Part shown: piece by piece, positions 18,314-27,994 of the stretch | Numbering within the stretch: the first letter of the stretch is position 1 | Layout of the letters: each line of letters opens with the position of its first letter | Source: an uncultured delta proteobacterium | Lineage (GTDB): Bacteria; Desulfobacterota; Zymogenia; Zymogenales; Zymogenaceae | Assembly (NCBI GenBank): GCA_963809875.1 | Contig: CAWELC010000006.1 | Location: 512,591 to 576,590, forward strand | Direction: 5' to 3' | Length of the DNA stretch: 64,000 nt | Made by a program: the position numbers and the translations under genes | The notes under the pieces: model-generated | Told to the model about the DNA's origin: nothing | Database searches by the model: none | Seen by the model: the letters and a program-made list of their open reading frames with translations, nothing else

Positions 18314-19048
18314 ATGTGGGAATCGTTTATAGAAGAGGTCATCAGGCAGATCGGAGAAACGGTCGATTCCGAGGGCGAGTCAATCAAGGCGGCGGCCGGC
18401 GTCGTGGCCGGGTCCATTGAGACGGACGGCGTTATTCACACGTTCGGCAGTGGACACTCGGCCCTTGTTTCCCAGGAAATCTTCTGTCGGGCGGGCGGGA
18501 TCGTTCCGATAAACGCGATCCTCGATCCGTCTTTTCTGGTCTCCCACGGCGCAATGCGCAGCACCAATATGGAGCGGCTTCCCGGTGTGGCTTCCATATC
18601 GCTTTCGGGCTATCAGATCAGGAGCGGGGACGCGGCCATTATCATTTCGAATTCGGGTAAGAACCAGGCCCCCGTCGAGATGGCCCTCAAGCTCAAGGAG
18701 CTGGGCGCCAAGATCATCGCCGTCACGAGCATGAAACACACGCAAAGCGTCAAACCGAGCCACCCGTCGGGAAAGCGGCTGTTCGAGGTTGCCGACGTGG
18801 TCGTTGACAACCACGTGGCCATCGGCGACGCGTCGATCAAGGTGCCGGGGTCAAAGGCGCCCCTGGGGCCCACCTCCACTATCATGGGATCGATCATCGT
18901 TCAATCCATCATCGTCGAGGCCGTCGACATCCTGGCCAAGAAAGGCAAGGCGCCGGCGGTTTTCGTCTCCGTCAATATGGAGGTGTCCAACCTCGAGGAG
19001 CTCAGCCGGGAGTATATGAAATACCGGGGGAGAATCAGGTACCTGTAG
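18314..19048 (+). CDS. SIS-domain (sugar isomerase/phosphosugar-binding) protein
   Basis: HTFGSGHSALV and IIISNSGKNQAPVEMA motifs. Starts 4 nt after the upstream stop. Confidence 0.7.
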   Translation: MWESFIEEVIRQIGETVDSEGESIKAAAGVVAGSIETDGVIHTFGSGHSALVSQEIFCRAGGIVPINAILDPSFLVSHGAMRSTNMERLPGVASISLSGYQIRSGDAAIIISNSGKNQAPVEMALKLKELGAKIIAVTSMKHTQSVKPSHPSGKRLFEVADVVVDNHVAIGDASIKVPGSKAPLGPTSTIMGSIIVQSIIVEAVDILAKKGKAPAVFVSVNMEVSNLEELSREYMKYRGRIRYL

Positions 19049-19049
19049 G

Positions 19050-19919
19050 ATGGACAGGCTCAGTAACGATCATATCACCCTCTCGCTGGTCCCGACCCCC
19101 GAGCGGCCCGAGGGGCTCTCGGTGAGGTTCGTCCTGGGGGGCTGGATCGACGATATAGTTGCGGGCGACGGCTATTCCTTTGCCTCCCCGGACTTCCCGC
19201 GCGACCGGGTCGTCGGTTTCGGGTATCCGGATGAGTTCATCAACCCGCTCTTCATCGGCGATGAGCCGGCGCGGGCGGATACGGCCCTCAAGATCGGCGT
19301 GGGCCTTATCCATCTGGCGCGGCCCGGCGGTTACCGCTTCTGCGAGGAGCCGGGGGTGCGGGAGGTGTTGCCCGGCACAAGCGACCGGGGAGACGACTCC
19401 TATCGGTGGGTGCAGGAAGCCGCCGTGGGCGGGGTCGGCTACCTGCTGGAAAAGGAGATCAGGCTCTTGCGTGACCGCCCCGGGCTGGCGATATCGTGGG
19501 CGCTCACGAATCGCTGCCTCGATCGTCCCATCCAGACCCTCTGGTACTGGCACCCCTTCGTCGCGCCGGGAGGGATGGGGAGCGGCTGCTACGTGAGGCT
19601 TCCCGAAACGTGCGTTCCCGCCTATGACTTCGTCCGGCCGCTTTCGGCCGACGGTGAAGGGAGGCTGCGGATGCCGGATGATTTTACCGGGCTGCCCGGC
19701 CAGCTTCTTGAGTTTAGCCCCGCCGACCACGGCCTGGTTAACCGGTTTGAGATGGGAAACGTCGATCACGACAGGCGACTGGTTGCCCAGGGCGATTTTC
19801 CGCTCGCCTTCGTCCGGCTCTGGTACGAGCGCCGCGTCTTTTCGGTAGAGCCCTTTTATTACCTCTGCCTGATGCCGGGGGAGAGGAGGGCATGGTCGAT
19901 CACGGTCACGATTGTCTGA
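19050..19919 (+). CDS. Hypothetical protein, possibly mutarotase-like beta-sandwich
   Basis: Starts 1 nt after the SIS stop. LTNRCLDRPIQTLWYWHPFV resembles the aldose-epimerase-like pattern; no firm family assignment. Confidence 0.4.
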   Translation: MDRLSNDHITLSLVPTPERPEGLSVRFVLGGWIDDIVAGDGYSFASPDFPRDRVVGFGYPDEFINPLFIGDEPARADTALKIGVGLIHLARPGGYRFCEEPGVREVLPGTSDRGDDSYRWVQEAAVGGVGYLLEKEIRLLRDRPGLAISWALTNRCLDRPIQTLWYWHPFVAPGGMGSGCYVRLPETCVPAYDFVRPLSADGEGRLRMPDDFTGLPGQLLEFSPADHGLVNRFEMGNVDHDRRLVAQGDFPLAFVRLWYERRVFSVEPFYYLCLMPGERRAWSITVTIV

Positions 19920-19951
19920 TAATCTCCGGCAATCCGGTTCAGGAGGGTATC

Positions 19952-21298
19952 ATGAAAGAGAACGTCGTCAAGCGCCTCACCAATAAGGAGGTCTTCTTCT
20001 ACAACTGGGGATCGATCTCGCTGAACTTCGTCGAGGGGGTGCTCTTTACCTGGATCATGTACTTCTACGCCCCGCCGTCCGATTCGGGGAGGCCGGCCTA
20101 TATACCGATCATGGCCGCCGGTCTGATCCTGACCATTGGACGGGTTTTTGACGCGGTCATCAACCCCCTCATCGGACATGTCTCCGATAACACCAGGAGC
20201 CGGTGGGGAAGGCGGAAACCTTTCATCGTCATTGGGACGCCGCTGATGATTATCGCATTCATCTTCCTCTGGCTCCCCCCGGTGAGCGGGGTTTCTATCG
20301 TCAACGTCGTGTATCTCATGGGGATATTCGTTATCTATTTTTTCTTTTACGATGTTATCGGCATCCCGTACGACGCCCTCCTGGCGGAGATCGCCCTCAC
20401 CTCGGAGGACCGGATCAAGCTCACCTCCTGGAAGCTGATCTATGCCATCGTCGGCTTCCTGATGGTGGCCTTCATCGCTCCCGGGCTCTATCAAAACCGG
20501 GGCGCCTTGACGATGGCCCTCGTGACGGCTGCCATCGGCTTTGCGACCATGTTTATGTGCCTGCCGGGGATCAAGGAGCTGCCGGTGGAATACTCCCATG
20601 CCGACGTGAAGCTGGGCTTCTGGGATGCGTTCAAGGCGACCTTCAAGAACAGACAATTCCTCTTCTTCGGGATGGCCATTGTTGCCCTCTATATGTGCTA
20701 CGAGGTCCTGCTGGTCGTCATGCCCTACTTTGTGAAATCGGTGATCGGCAAGGAAGAGTCTTTTGTGATGTACTACCAGGCCGAGTTTATCCTCTGCATG
20801 GTCGCATCGGTTCCACTCTGGATGTGGCTGACTCACCTCTACAGTAAGAGGCGGCTCCTGCAGGTGGTTTCGTTGCTCCTTGCGCTCTTCTTCCCGCTCA
20901 TCTTCCTTGTCGGTTCGATCCCCGGCATTCCGGTAACCGTCCAGGCCTTCATACTCCTGCCCCCGGTGAGCATACCCCTCGGCGGATTCATGATCCTCGT
21001 CTACGCCATGGTGGGCGATATCGCGGACTACGACCAGATGGTGACCGGAAAACGGCGGGAGGCGATCTATTTCGGCGTTTTCGGGTTCTCGCGGAAGGTG
21101 GGCTTTGCCCTCTCGACCGTCATCCTCCCGCTCCTCTTTCAGGCGTTCGGAAACACGAAGGATAACCCTCTGGGAATCAAGCTGGTTTGGATCATGCTCG
21201 GCGTCGTGTCTCTGATCGGCTTTACCATATTGCTCGGCTACAAGCTGGGCGACAGCCCCGAGGAAACCCGAAAGATCATGGGGATGAAGGAACAGTAA
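19952..21298 (+). CDS. GPH-family (MelB-like) glycoside:cation symporter
   Basis: ATG 19952 with AGGAGGG RBS. 12-TM MFS-like protein with DAVINPLIGHVSDNTRSRWGRRKPF, the GPH loop signature. Confidence 0.8.
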   Translation: MKENVVKRLTNKEVFFYNWGSISLNFVEGVLFTWIMYFYAPPSDSGRPAYIPIMAAGLILTIGRVFDAVINPLIGHVSDNTRSRWGRRKPFIVIGTPLMIIAFIFLWLPPVSGVSIVNVVYLMGIFVIYFFFYDVIGIPYDALLAEIALTSEDRIKLTSWKLIYAIVGFLMVAFIAPGLYQNRGALTMALVTAAIGFATMFMCLPGIKELPVEYSHADVKLGFWDAFKATFKNRQFLFFGMAIVALYMCYEVLLVVMPYFVKSVIGKEESFVMYYQAEFILCMVASVPLWMWLTHLYSKRRLLQVVSLLLALFFPLIFLVGSIPGIPVTVQAFILLPPVSIPLGGFMILVYAMVGDIADYDQMVTGKRREAIYFGVFGFSRKVGFALSTVILPLLFQAFGNTKDNPLGIKLVWIMLGVVSLIGFTILLGYKLGDSPEETRKIMGMKEQ

Positions 21299-22275
21299 TG
21301 GGACGAGATCTGGTCATTGCCCTGGACGGCGGTGGGACTCATACGACGGCGATCGCCGTGGATCGGAACGGGAAGATCGTCGGGAGGGCGGCGGGCGGGC
21401 CGGCCAACCACGTCCTGGTCCCCATCGATGTGGTCCGCACGTCGCTGAGGGAGGCCGTCGGGGGGGCGATCGAGGCGGCGGGGGTGGGACCGGCCGACGT
21501 GGCACTCATCGCCGGTGATACCGCCGGCATCGGCTATCTCAGGGAAGGGGCCGACTATGTCCAGGGGATCATAACCGAGTTTTTCCCCGATGCGCCGGTC
21601 TACCTGGTCGGCGACATGGTCGCGGGTCTCTTCGGCGCGCTGCCCAACGAATGGGGTGTGGTGGCAACGGCCGGGACCGGCTCGTCGATCTACGGCAGGA
21701 CCCGGCAGGGGGAGTCGCTCCAGGCGGGAGGGTGGGGGCACATCCTGGGGGATGAGGGGAGCGCCTACGACATCGCCGTGGGGGGGCTTCGCGCAGCGGC
21801 CAGGGCCTACGACGGAAGGGCGAAACAGACCAGCCTCGTCGACCTTTTTCCGAAGCACTTCGGGGCCCAGGATATGATCGGTGTGGCGATCACGATCTAC
21901 CTCGACAAGGCCATGACGCGCGAACGGATCGCCGAGGCGGCGCGCCTGGTGGCCGAGGAGGCCGGTCGTGGGGATGAAACGGCCCGGTCGGTCATGGAGT
22001 CGGCGGGTCGGGAGCTTGCCCTGGCCGTTACGACGGTCGCGCGCAACCTCTCGCTCGCGCCCGAGGATATGCAGGTCTCCTGGTCCGGGAGCGTCTTTTT
22101 GGCCGGTGACGTCATTATCGGCCCCTTTTCGGCTGCCGTCAGAGAGATCTATCCCGCTGCGGATATCAGGCCGCCCCTCATGCCGGCGGTCGGCGGGGCC
22201 GTCAGGATTGCATGCCAAAGGCTCGGCTGGGACTTCGAATCGATGAGAGAGACGCTGACGAGGGGCCTGTCATGA
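21298..22275 (+). CDS. BadF/BadG/BcrA/BcrD-type ATPase (N-acetylglucosamine kinase-like)
   Basis: TAATG overlap with the transporter stop. ALDGGGTHT phosphate-1 motif, GTGSS, GWGHILGDEGSA. Confidence 0.75.
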   Translation: MGRDLVIALDGGGTHTTAIAVDRNGKIVGRAAGGPANHVLVPIDVVRTSLREAVGGAIEAAGVGPADVALIAGDTAGIGYLREGADYVQGIITEFFPDAPVYLVGDMVAGLFGALPNEWGVVATAGTGSSIYGRTRQGESLQAGGWGHILGDEGSAYDIAVGGLRAAARAYDGRAKQTSLVDLFPKHFGAQDMIGVAITIYLDKAMTRERIAEAARLVAEEAGRGDETARSVMESAGRELALAVTTVARNLSLAPEDMQVSWSGSVFLAGDVIIGPFSAAVREIYPAADIRPPLMPAVGGAVRIACQRLGWDFESMRETLTRGLS

Positions 22276-23546
22276 CGACGCGGTTTCGCGCATCGATAAG
22301 CTCCGTCGACGTAACGCCGCCGGGGGGATTTCCCCTCGGCGGATATATCCTTCGGTCCGGGGTGTCCGAAGGGGTGCTCGACCCGATCTATGCCCGGCTC
22401 CTGTTTCTGGCCGCCGGGAACGACGCACTGCTGTTGATATCCCTTGACTGGATATACGTCGACGGCCGCTGGTCCCGCGGGGTCAAGGCGGCGGCGGCAA
22501 AGGCGCTCGGCATCGACACTGATCGCGTCATCATCACCGCCACCCATACGCATTCGGGCCCGGGGGTTTTCGGCTCCTTCGTCACGAAGGCCGAGCAGGA
22601 GGCGGCATACCTTTCCATGGTCTCGGGACAGATCATCAGCGCGGCAGGCCCGCTTGCGGAGGCGGCCCGGGACGTGAGGCTCTTCCTCGGCTCCACGCGG
22701 GTCGTCGGCCTCGGGGCCCATCGCAACGATCCGGCACTCCCCGTCGACAACGAGCTGTCGGTCCTGACGCTGGGGGGATTCAACGGCGACGCGCTGGGCC
22801 GGATCATTTTCTACGGCTGCCATCCGACGCTCCTCGGGCCGGAAAATCTCCACTTTTCGGCCGACTGGGTAGGGTGGGGGCTGGCCGCTGTGGATCGGCA
22901 GATGGGGGGATCGTCGCTCTTCATCAACGGGGCGGCCGGTGACGTAAGCACCCGATTCGGCCGAAGGGGGAGGAATCCGCAGGAGATGAAACGTCATGCG
23001 GAGATTTTCCGGGAGGCGGTCTCCGGTGCGGAGTCCGGGCCGATCCCTCTTTCGGGAAGCGAGATCATCGTGCGCACGACCCACGTCCCGGTGCGCTATC
23101 GGGATCTCGCCGGCAGGCAGGAGGCCGAGCGCGCTCTCTTTTCCGTCGAAAAGGAGATCGACGACGCGCGCACGAAGGGGATGACCCCAGGCGAGATGCG
23201 GCGTCTGGAATCGATCAGGGAAGGGGCGATCGTCTCGCTCTTCTTCGCATCAGCCGGAGGGTTCGAAGCGGTCCTGGGCAAGCGCGAGATGACGGCGGCG
23301 GTTACGCTGGTGCGGGTGGGGTCTCTGGGGATGATTCTTTTTCCCGGCGAGGTGATGAGCAATACGGCCATCTCGCTCAAAGCGGACGCAAAGGATCCCC
23401 TGGTGGTCTGCGGCTACGCAGGCGACTATTTCGGGTATCTGAGCGATGACGGGGGCGGCTATGAATCGTCGATGGCCCTGCTCTCGCGCGACTCCATCCA
23501 GGCGATTATTGACGCCGCCCGACGACTTGCCGGAGGAGACGCGTGA
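22272..23546 (+). CDS. Neutral ceramidase-like amidohydrolase (N-terminal ceramidase domain family)
   Basis: ATGA overlap. VDVTPPGGFPLGGY...DPIYARLL...LISLDWIY...ATHTHSGPG pattern. Confidence 0.6.
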   Translation: MTTRFRASISSVDVTPPGGFPLGGYILRSGVSEGVLDPIYARLLFLAAGNDALLLISLDWIYVDGRWSRGVKAAAAKALGIDTDRVIITATHTHSGPGVFGSFVTKAEQEAAYLSMVSGQIISAAGPLAEAARDVRLFLGSTRVVGLGAHRNDPALPVDNELSVLTLGGFNGDALGRIIFYGCHPTLLGPENLHFSADWVGWGLAAVDRQMGGSSLFINGAAGDVSTRFGRRGRNPQEMKRHAEIFREAVSGAESGPIPLSGSEIIVRTTHVPVRYRDLAGRQEAERALFSVEKEIDDARTKGMTPGEMRRLESIREGAIVSLFFASAGGFEAVLGKREMTAAVTLVRVGSLGMILFPGEVMSNTAISLKADAKDPLVVCGYAGDYFGYLSDDGGGYESSMALLSRDSIQAIIDAARRLAGGDA

Positions 23547-24691
23547 GAGACACCGTCATCAGTGGAGCGCGGGTAATCTTCGGGGAGATCATCTCCGAGA
23601 CCGACGATGTCCTGATCTCCGGGGGCAGGATCGCCGCGGTCGGCACCGGGCTTAAACGAACGACGGCCGAGGTCATCGAGGCCCGGGGGGCCTACCTCTG
23701 CCCGGGGCTGGTGGACATCCACATTCACGGGGCGGCCGGCGTGATGTGCGATACGGCCGACGTCCCGGAACTGGAAAGGATGTCGGGACTACTGGCCCGT
23801 CTCGGGACGACCTCATTTCTCCCCACGATAACCTCATCCCCCCAGGACACGACGGTCGCCGCCCTGTCGGCGATCCGGGAGGCGGCCGGCCGGGTCACCG
23901 GCGCCAGGATCCTCGGCTCCCACATGGAGGGACCGTTCCTCAACCCTTCCCGGGCGGGAGCCCAGAGGCCGGACGCATTGAGGACCTATTCCCGGGGACG
24001 GCTCGATCGATACCTTGCCGCCGCGGGGGGAGCACTGAAAATCATGGGACTCGCCCCGGAGATCCCGGGAGGCATGGAGCTGATCGACGACCTTGTCCGC
24101 GCGGGGATCGTCCCCGGGGCCGTCCACACCGATGCGACCTATGAAGAGGCCCGCGCGGCCATCGGGCGGGGCCTGAGGCTCGCATGCCACACGTTCAACG
24201 CCATGCGTCCGATTCATCATCGGGAGCCGGGGATCGCCGTGGCGGCGCTGCTTTCCCCTGACGTCTTTTGTGAGTTCATCGCCGACGGTTTTCACCTCGC
24301 CGCTCCCATGATCGAGCTCGCCTACCGGGCCACGGGACCCGACCGGATGATCCTGGTCTCCGACGCGGTGGCCCCGGGAGTGCCGGAGGGGGATTACGAC
24401 TTTTTCGGGACGATGACGCGGATAGAGGCCGGCAGGGTATTCTTCCCCGAGACCGGCGTGCTGGCGGGCAGCGCGAGTCCCCTGATTGCGGGGATCAGAA
24501 ATCTCCATACCCACACGACCATCCCCCTGGCCCACATAGTGCGCGCCGCGTCCCTCAATCCCGCGCGCCTCATCGGCCGGGATGACGAGGTGGGGAGCAT
24601 CACCGTGGGCAGGCACGCCGACCTCCTGCTCTTGGATCAAACGCTGGACATAGTGAGGGTGTGGGTCGGGGGCAGAGAAATCGGCTCCTGA
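23543..24691 (+). CDS. nagA: N-acetylglucosamine-6-phosphate deacetylase
   Basis: GTGA overlap. PGLVDIHIHGAAG metal site, HMEGPFLNP, HTFNAM, SDAVAP. Confidence 0.85.
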   Translation: MRDTVISGARVIFGEIISETDDVLISGGRIAAVGTGLKRTTAEVIEARGAYLCPGLVDIHIHGAAGVMCDTADVPELERMSGLLARLGTTSFLPTITSSPQDTTVAALSAIREAAGRVTGARILGSHMEGPFLNPSRAGAQRPDALRTYSRGRLDRYLAAAGGALKIMGLAPEIPGGMELIDDLVRAGIVPGAVHTDATYEEARAAIGRGLRLACHTFNAMRPIHHREPGIAVAALLSPDVFCEFIADGFHLAAPMIELAYRATGPDRMILVSDAVAPGVPEGDYDFFGTMTRIEAGRVFFPETGVLAGSASPLIAGIRNLHTHTTIPLAHIVRAASLNPARLIGRDDEVGSITVGRHADLLLLDQTLDIVRVWVGGREIGS

Positions 24692-24848
24692 CGCCGGCGC
24701 AAAGAATTTTTTCGGCACAAGTGGCCGCATTCGGTCGAATCGGGTATAATAGGAGAGACGTTAAGGTGGTATCTTAAATCGATTGTATGGCTTTACTCGG
24801 CCCCCATGAAAACGACGTATTCGTGGGGCGCGGCGTGGAGGGTATCAG

Positions 24849-25040
24849 ATGGCAAAAAAACCGCTTGTCGATCAGGATATTTGTACCGGATGCGAGACCT
24901 GTGTTGATCTCTGCCCGGGGGTCTTTCGACTCAACGATGATATGGTGGCGGAGGTGTTCAATCCCACGGGGGCGACTGAAGAGGAGATCCAGGAGGCGAT
25001 TGATTCCTGTCCGGTGGAGTGTATCAGCTGGGCCGATTAG
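24849..25040 (+). CDS. Small single-cluster [4Fe-4S]/[3Fe-4S] ferredoxin
   Basis: 63 aa with CTGCETCVDLCP ... CPVECI. Confidence 0.85.
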   Translation: MAKKPLVDQDICTGCETCVDLCPGVFRLNDDMVAEVFNPTGATEEEIQEAIDSCPVECISWAD

Positions 25041-25164
25041 CGTTGAGCCGCCCGGATGCGGTCGGCCGCGGTAACGCGATAGCGAGGTGTCGGGACCGGC
25101 TCCTCGCGCGGACAGGCTGCCTGGGCATCTTCTCGATCGCGTTTGCCCCTTGATTCAAAAAATT

Positions 25165-25193
25165 CACCCCGGGAGACACTGTCTCCCGGGGTG
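25165..25193. terminator. Bidirectional terminator hairpin between convergent genes
   Basis: Perfect 13-bp stem caccccgggagac / gtctcccggggtg with a 3-nt loop. The A-run upstream becomes a T-run for the minus-strand gene. Confidence 0.7.
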
Positions 25194-25233
25194 GACTTAT
25201 TGGTTCGTGTAAAACCCCGATCGTCCGTGATGC

Positions 25234-26396
25234 CTAGTATCTGATCTCGAGGTCGGAGGTGGGGTATGCCATGCACGAGTGGACGTAGTTGTACCACCGG
25301 TCGGCCTCCCGCACGGGCACGCGATCGGGCATATACGTCCGGCCCTTTACCACCTTCGTCCTGCAGAGGCTGCACTCTCCGCTCCGGCACTGGTTGGGAA
25401 TGACCAGCCCCGCCCGCTCCAGCGCCACGATGATGGGCTCTCCCGCCCGCGCCTCAATGGTGTCTTTCCCGTTGACGGTGATCCGAAAGAGGGCGTCGGG
25501 CTTGACGTCGGCGGGCCAACCGGGCTCCCTCGTTACGTCCAGCGAGCGGCCCGGATGCCTCGCTCTTGATCCGACGGCCCGGCACGCCGAGCTTCATGAT
25601 CTCGGGTATGACGAATTTGTACATCACCTCCGGTCCGCAGAGATAGAAGGTCTTTCCCTTCACGTCTCCGACGCATTTCTGTGATAACGTCGCTCGTAAT
25701 GAAACCGGTGGTTCCGCGGTATCCGGGTTTCGGCTCGGAGACGACCAGCTCAAGCCGTACGTTTTTGTGTCGGCCGGCGATGGCGGCGAGCTCCTGGCCG
25801 AAGATCACGTCGTCGGCGCTCCTCGTCCCGTAGATGAGCCAGATCTTCATGTCGAGCCCGCGCTCGGTCACTTCCCTGATGATGCTCCTGAAGGGGGTTG
25901 CCCCCGATCCCCCGGCGATGAATACGAGCTCTTTTCCGTCGGTCAGCGGCTCGTGATAGAAGAAACCCGCCGGTCCCGAGATCGAGAAGTTGTCGCCGAC
26001 CTTGACCGTGTCCATCAGGTGCCCGGAGACGAAGCCCGGCTCCATCCGTTTGACCGTCAGGTCGTAAAATCCGCGCTGGTGGGGAGGAGACGAGATGGAA
26101 AATCCACGGCCCGTCCTCACGTTTCCGATGGTTACCTCCCAGTTGACATACTGCCCGGCCCGAAACGGGGGCAGGTAGCCGTCGAGGGGCGCCAGGCGGA
26201 ACGTCCTGGTGGAAGGGGTCTCCTGAAATATATCGGTCACCCTGACCGCGATCTTCTTCGGGTGGAGCAGCTTGATATAGTTCTCGGCAAAATCTTTCGG
26301 TATGGAGAGATCGCCGAAGACGCGCTTGAGCGTCTCCCGCTCGGCAACGGCCTCTCCAAACCCCTCGACGTGCCCCATGAACTGCTTTATATCCAT
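25234..26396 (-). pseudogene. FNR-like FAD/NAD(P) oxidoreductase with C-terminal plant-type [2Fe-2S] domain, two +1 frame breaks (about 25680 and 25560)
   Basis: RGFSISS, LVFIAGGSGATPF, then (next frame) TFYLCGPEVMYKF, then (next frame) CRSGECSLCRTKV...YVHSCMAYP. Three listed ORFs tile one gene. Confidence 0.75.
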
Positions 26397-26406
26397 TGTT
26401 TTCTCC

Positions 26407-27909
26407 TTACAAAAGCATTTTCAGCGCCCTGGCCCCCGCGATCGACCCGGCCATGATCGAAGGCTGATAGCCGCCGCCGGGGATCGTCCATGCCGAGGCG
26501 AAGAAGAGCCCGTTGATGGGGGTGTTATGCCGAAGTCTCAAGAGCCCGGAGTCCGAGAGGTACTGGTCGAACCCGTAGATCGCCCCGCCGATGTTGCCGG
26601 TGTAGCGCATGTTGGTGATGGGGGTGGAGACCTCGATGACCTCGATGTGCTCCCGCAGCCCCGGGTGGAATTGCTCGGCGATATTCAGAGCCGAATCCGC
26701 ATACCGGTTCTTGGCGTCCACGTACTGTTCCGGCGGCACCAGGTACCAGGGCCTCGCGTAGGAGGCCAGCAGGATATTGGCAAGCGTCGTTCCCGGAGGG
26801 GAGACTTCGGGGTCGGTCATGTTGTAGAAGGTCAGGAATATCCCTTCCGGGGGCTCGAGGGTGAATGCCTTCTCCCAGATCGGGTCGGCGTTCGCGGAGA
26901 AGTTGAGGTAGTTCTCGTGGACCTTGCCGCCCACCGCCTCGGGCGGACAGTCCAGGCCGAAGAAGATATTGATGAGGGAGAAGCCCGGAATCCGGCTGTT
27001 GAGGTCCCGCATGTATTCTTTCGGGACGGCGTCCGGGCCCACCAGGTTGATCATGGCCGACAGCGGGTTGGCGTTTGAGATCACCGTGGTCGCGCTGATC
27101 TCTTCGTCCTCGTCGGTGATCACACCCGTGACCTTGCCGCCGGTAGTCAGGATCTTCTTTGCTCCGCAGTTGAAGCGGACCTCCCCGCCGTTTTCCACGA
27201 AGGAATCGATAAAGGCGTTGGAGAGGGCCTGGCATCGGCCCCTGATATGGTGGGGGGGGGTGTCCAGGAAGGACTCCCACACGGCCGACATCAGGTGAAA
27301 CGGGACCTTGGAGGGCGGGAGGCCGATGTATCCCCAGTAGGGGGAGAGAACGGTCTTGAGGTCTTCATCACTGATGAAGGCGTCCAGGACCTCCTTATAG
27401 GTCTTCATGCCGTATTTGACAAACGTGGGCAGCTGGGCGGGCTCCAGGTCGGTGCCGCGCATCGACGCGGCCTTGATGACCGCGCCGAAATCGTTCATCA
27501 TGGCCTTGGATGCGTCGAAGAATTTCTCGATTCCGTCGGCCTGTTTCGGGAATCGGTCAACAAGAAACTCCATGAGCTCGTTTCTGCCGGACGGGATCGT
27601 CAGGTCGATGTTCTTGTCGGCGATTCGATAGAGATCGGTCATGGGGATGAACGTCAGCTTTCCGGCCACCCCCAGATAGTCAAGATAGTTATAGAGGCTT
27701 CCGCGGGCCGTCGGGGTCCCGATGGCCGAGAGGTCGTGCAGTGAGACATCGAACTCGAACCGTCCCCGGCAGAAGGTCGTCGCGTAGCCGCCGGGGATGT
27801 TATGGCGCTCCAGGAGGAGAACGGACCTCCCGTTCTTGGCCAGGTATGCCGCTGCCGACATGCCCCCCAGCCCGGCCCCGATGACCACGGCGTCGTACTT
27901 TTTGGCCAT
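26407..27909 (-). CDS. Phytoene desaturase (CrtI)-family FAD-dependent oxidoreductase
   Basis: YDAVVIGAGLGGMSAAAYLAKNGRSVLLLE Rossmann motif; 500 aa, intact. Confidence 0.75.
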   Translation of the reverse strand: MAKKYDAVVIGAGLGGMSAAAYLAKNGRSVLLLERHNIPGGYATTFCRGRFEFDVSLHDLSAIGTPTARGSLYNYLDYLGVAGKLTFIPMTDLYRIADKNIDLTIPSGRNELMEFLVDRFPKQADGIEKFFDASKAMMNDFGAVIKAASMRGTDLEPAQLPTFVKYGMKTYKEVLDAFISDEDLKTVLSPYWGYIGLPPSKVPFHLMSAVWESFLDTPPHHIRGRCQALSNAFIDSFVENGGEVRFNCGAKKILTTGGKVTGVITDEDEEISATTVISNANPLSAMINLVGPDAVPKEYMRDLNSRIPGFSLINIFFGLDCPPEAVGGKVHENYLNFSANADPIWEKAFTLEPPEGIFLTFYNMTDPEVSPPGTTLANILLASYARPWYLVPPEQYVDAKNRYADSALNIAEQFHPGLREHIEVIEVSTPITNMRYTGNIGGAIYGFDQYLSDSGLLRLRHNTPINGLFFASAWTIPGGGYQPSIMAGSIAGARALKMLL

Positions 27910-27994
27910 CTCCAGACTCCTTGTGTTACGATGATGGAAGACAAGAACCCGCTGTACACGTCCGGGCCTCGATAGCGCCCGGGGCGCGGGGATA

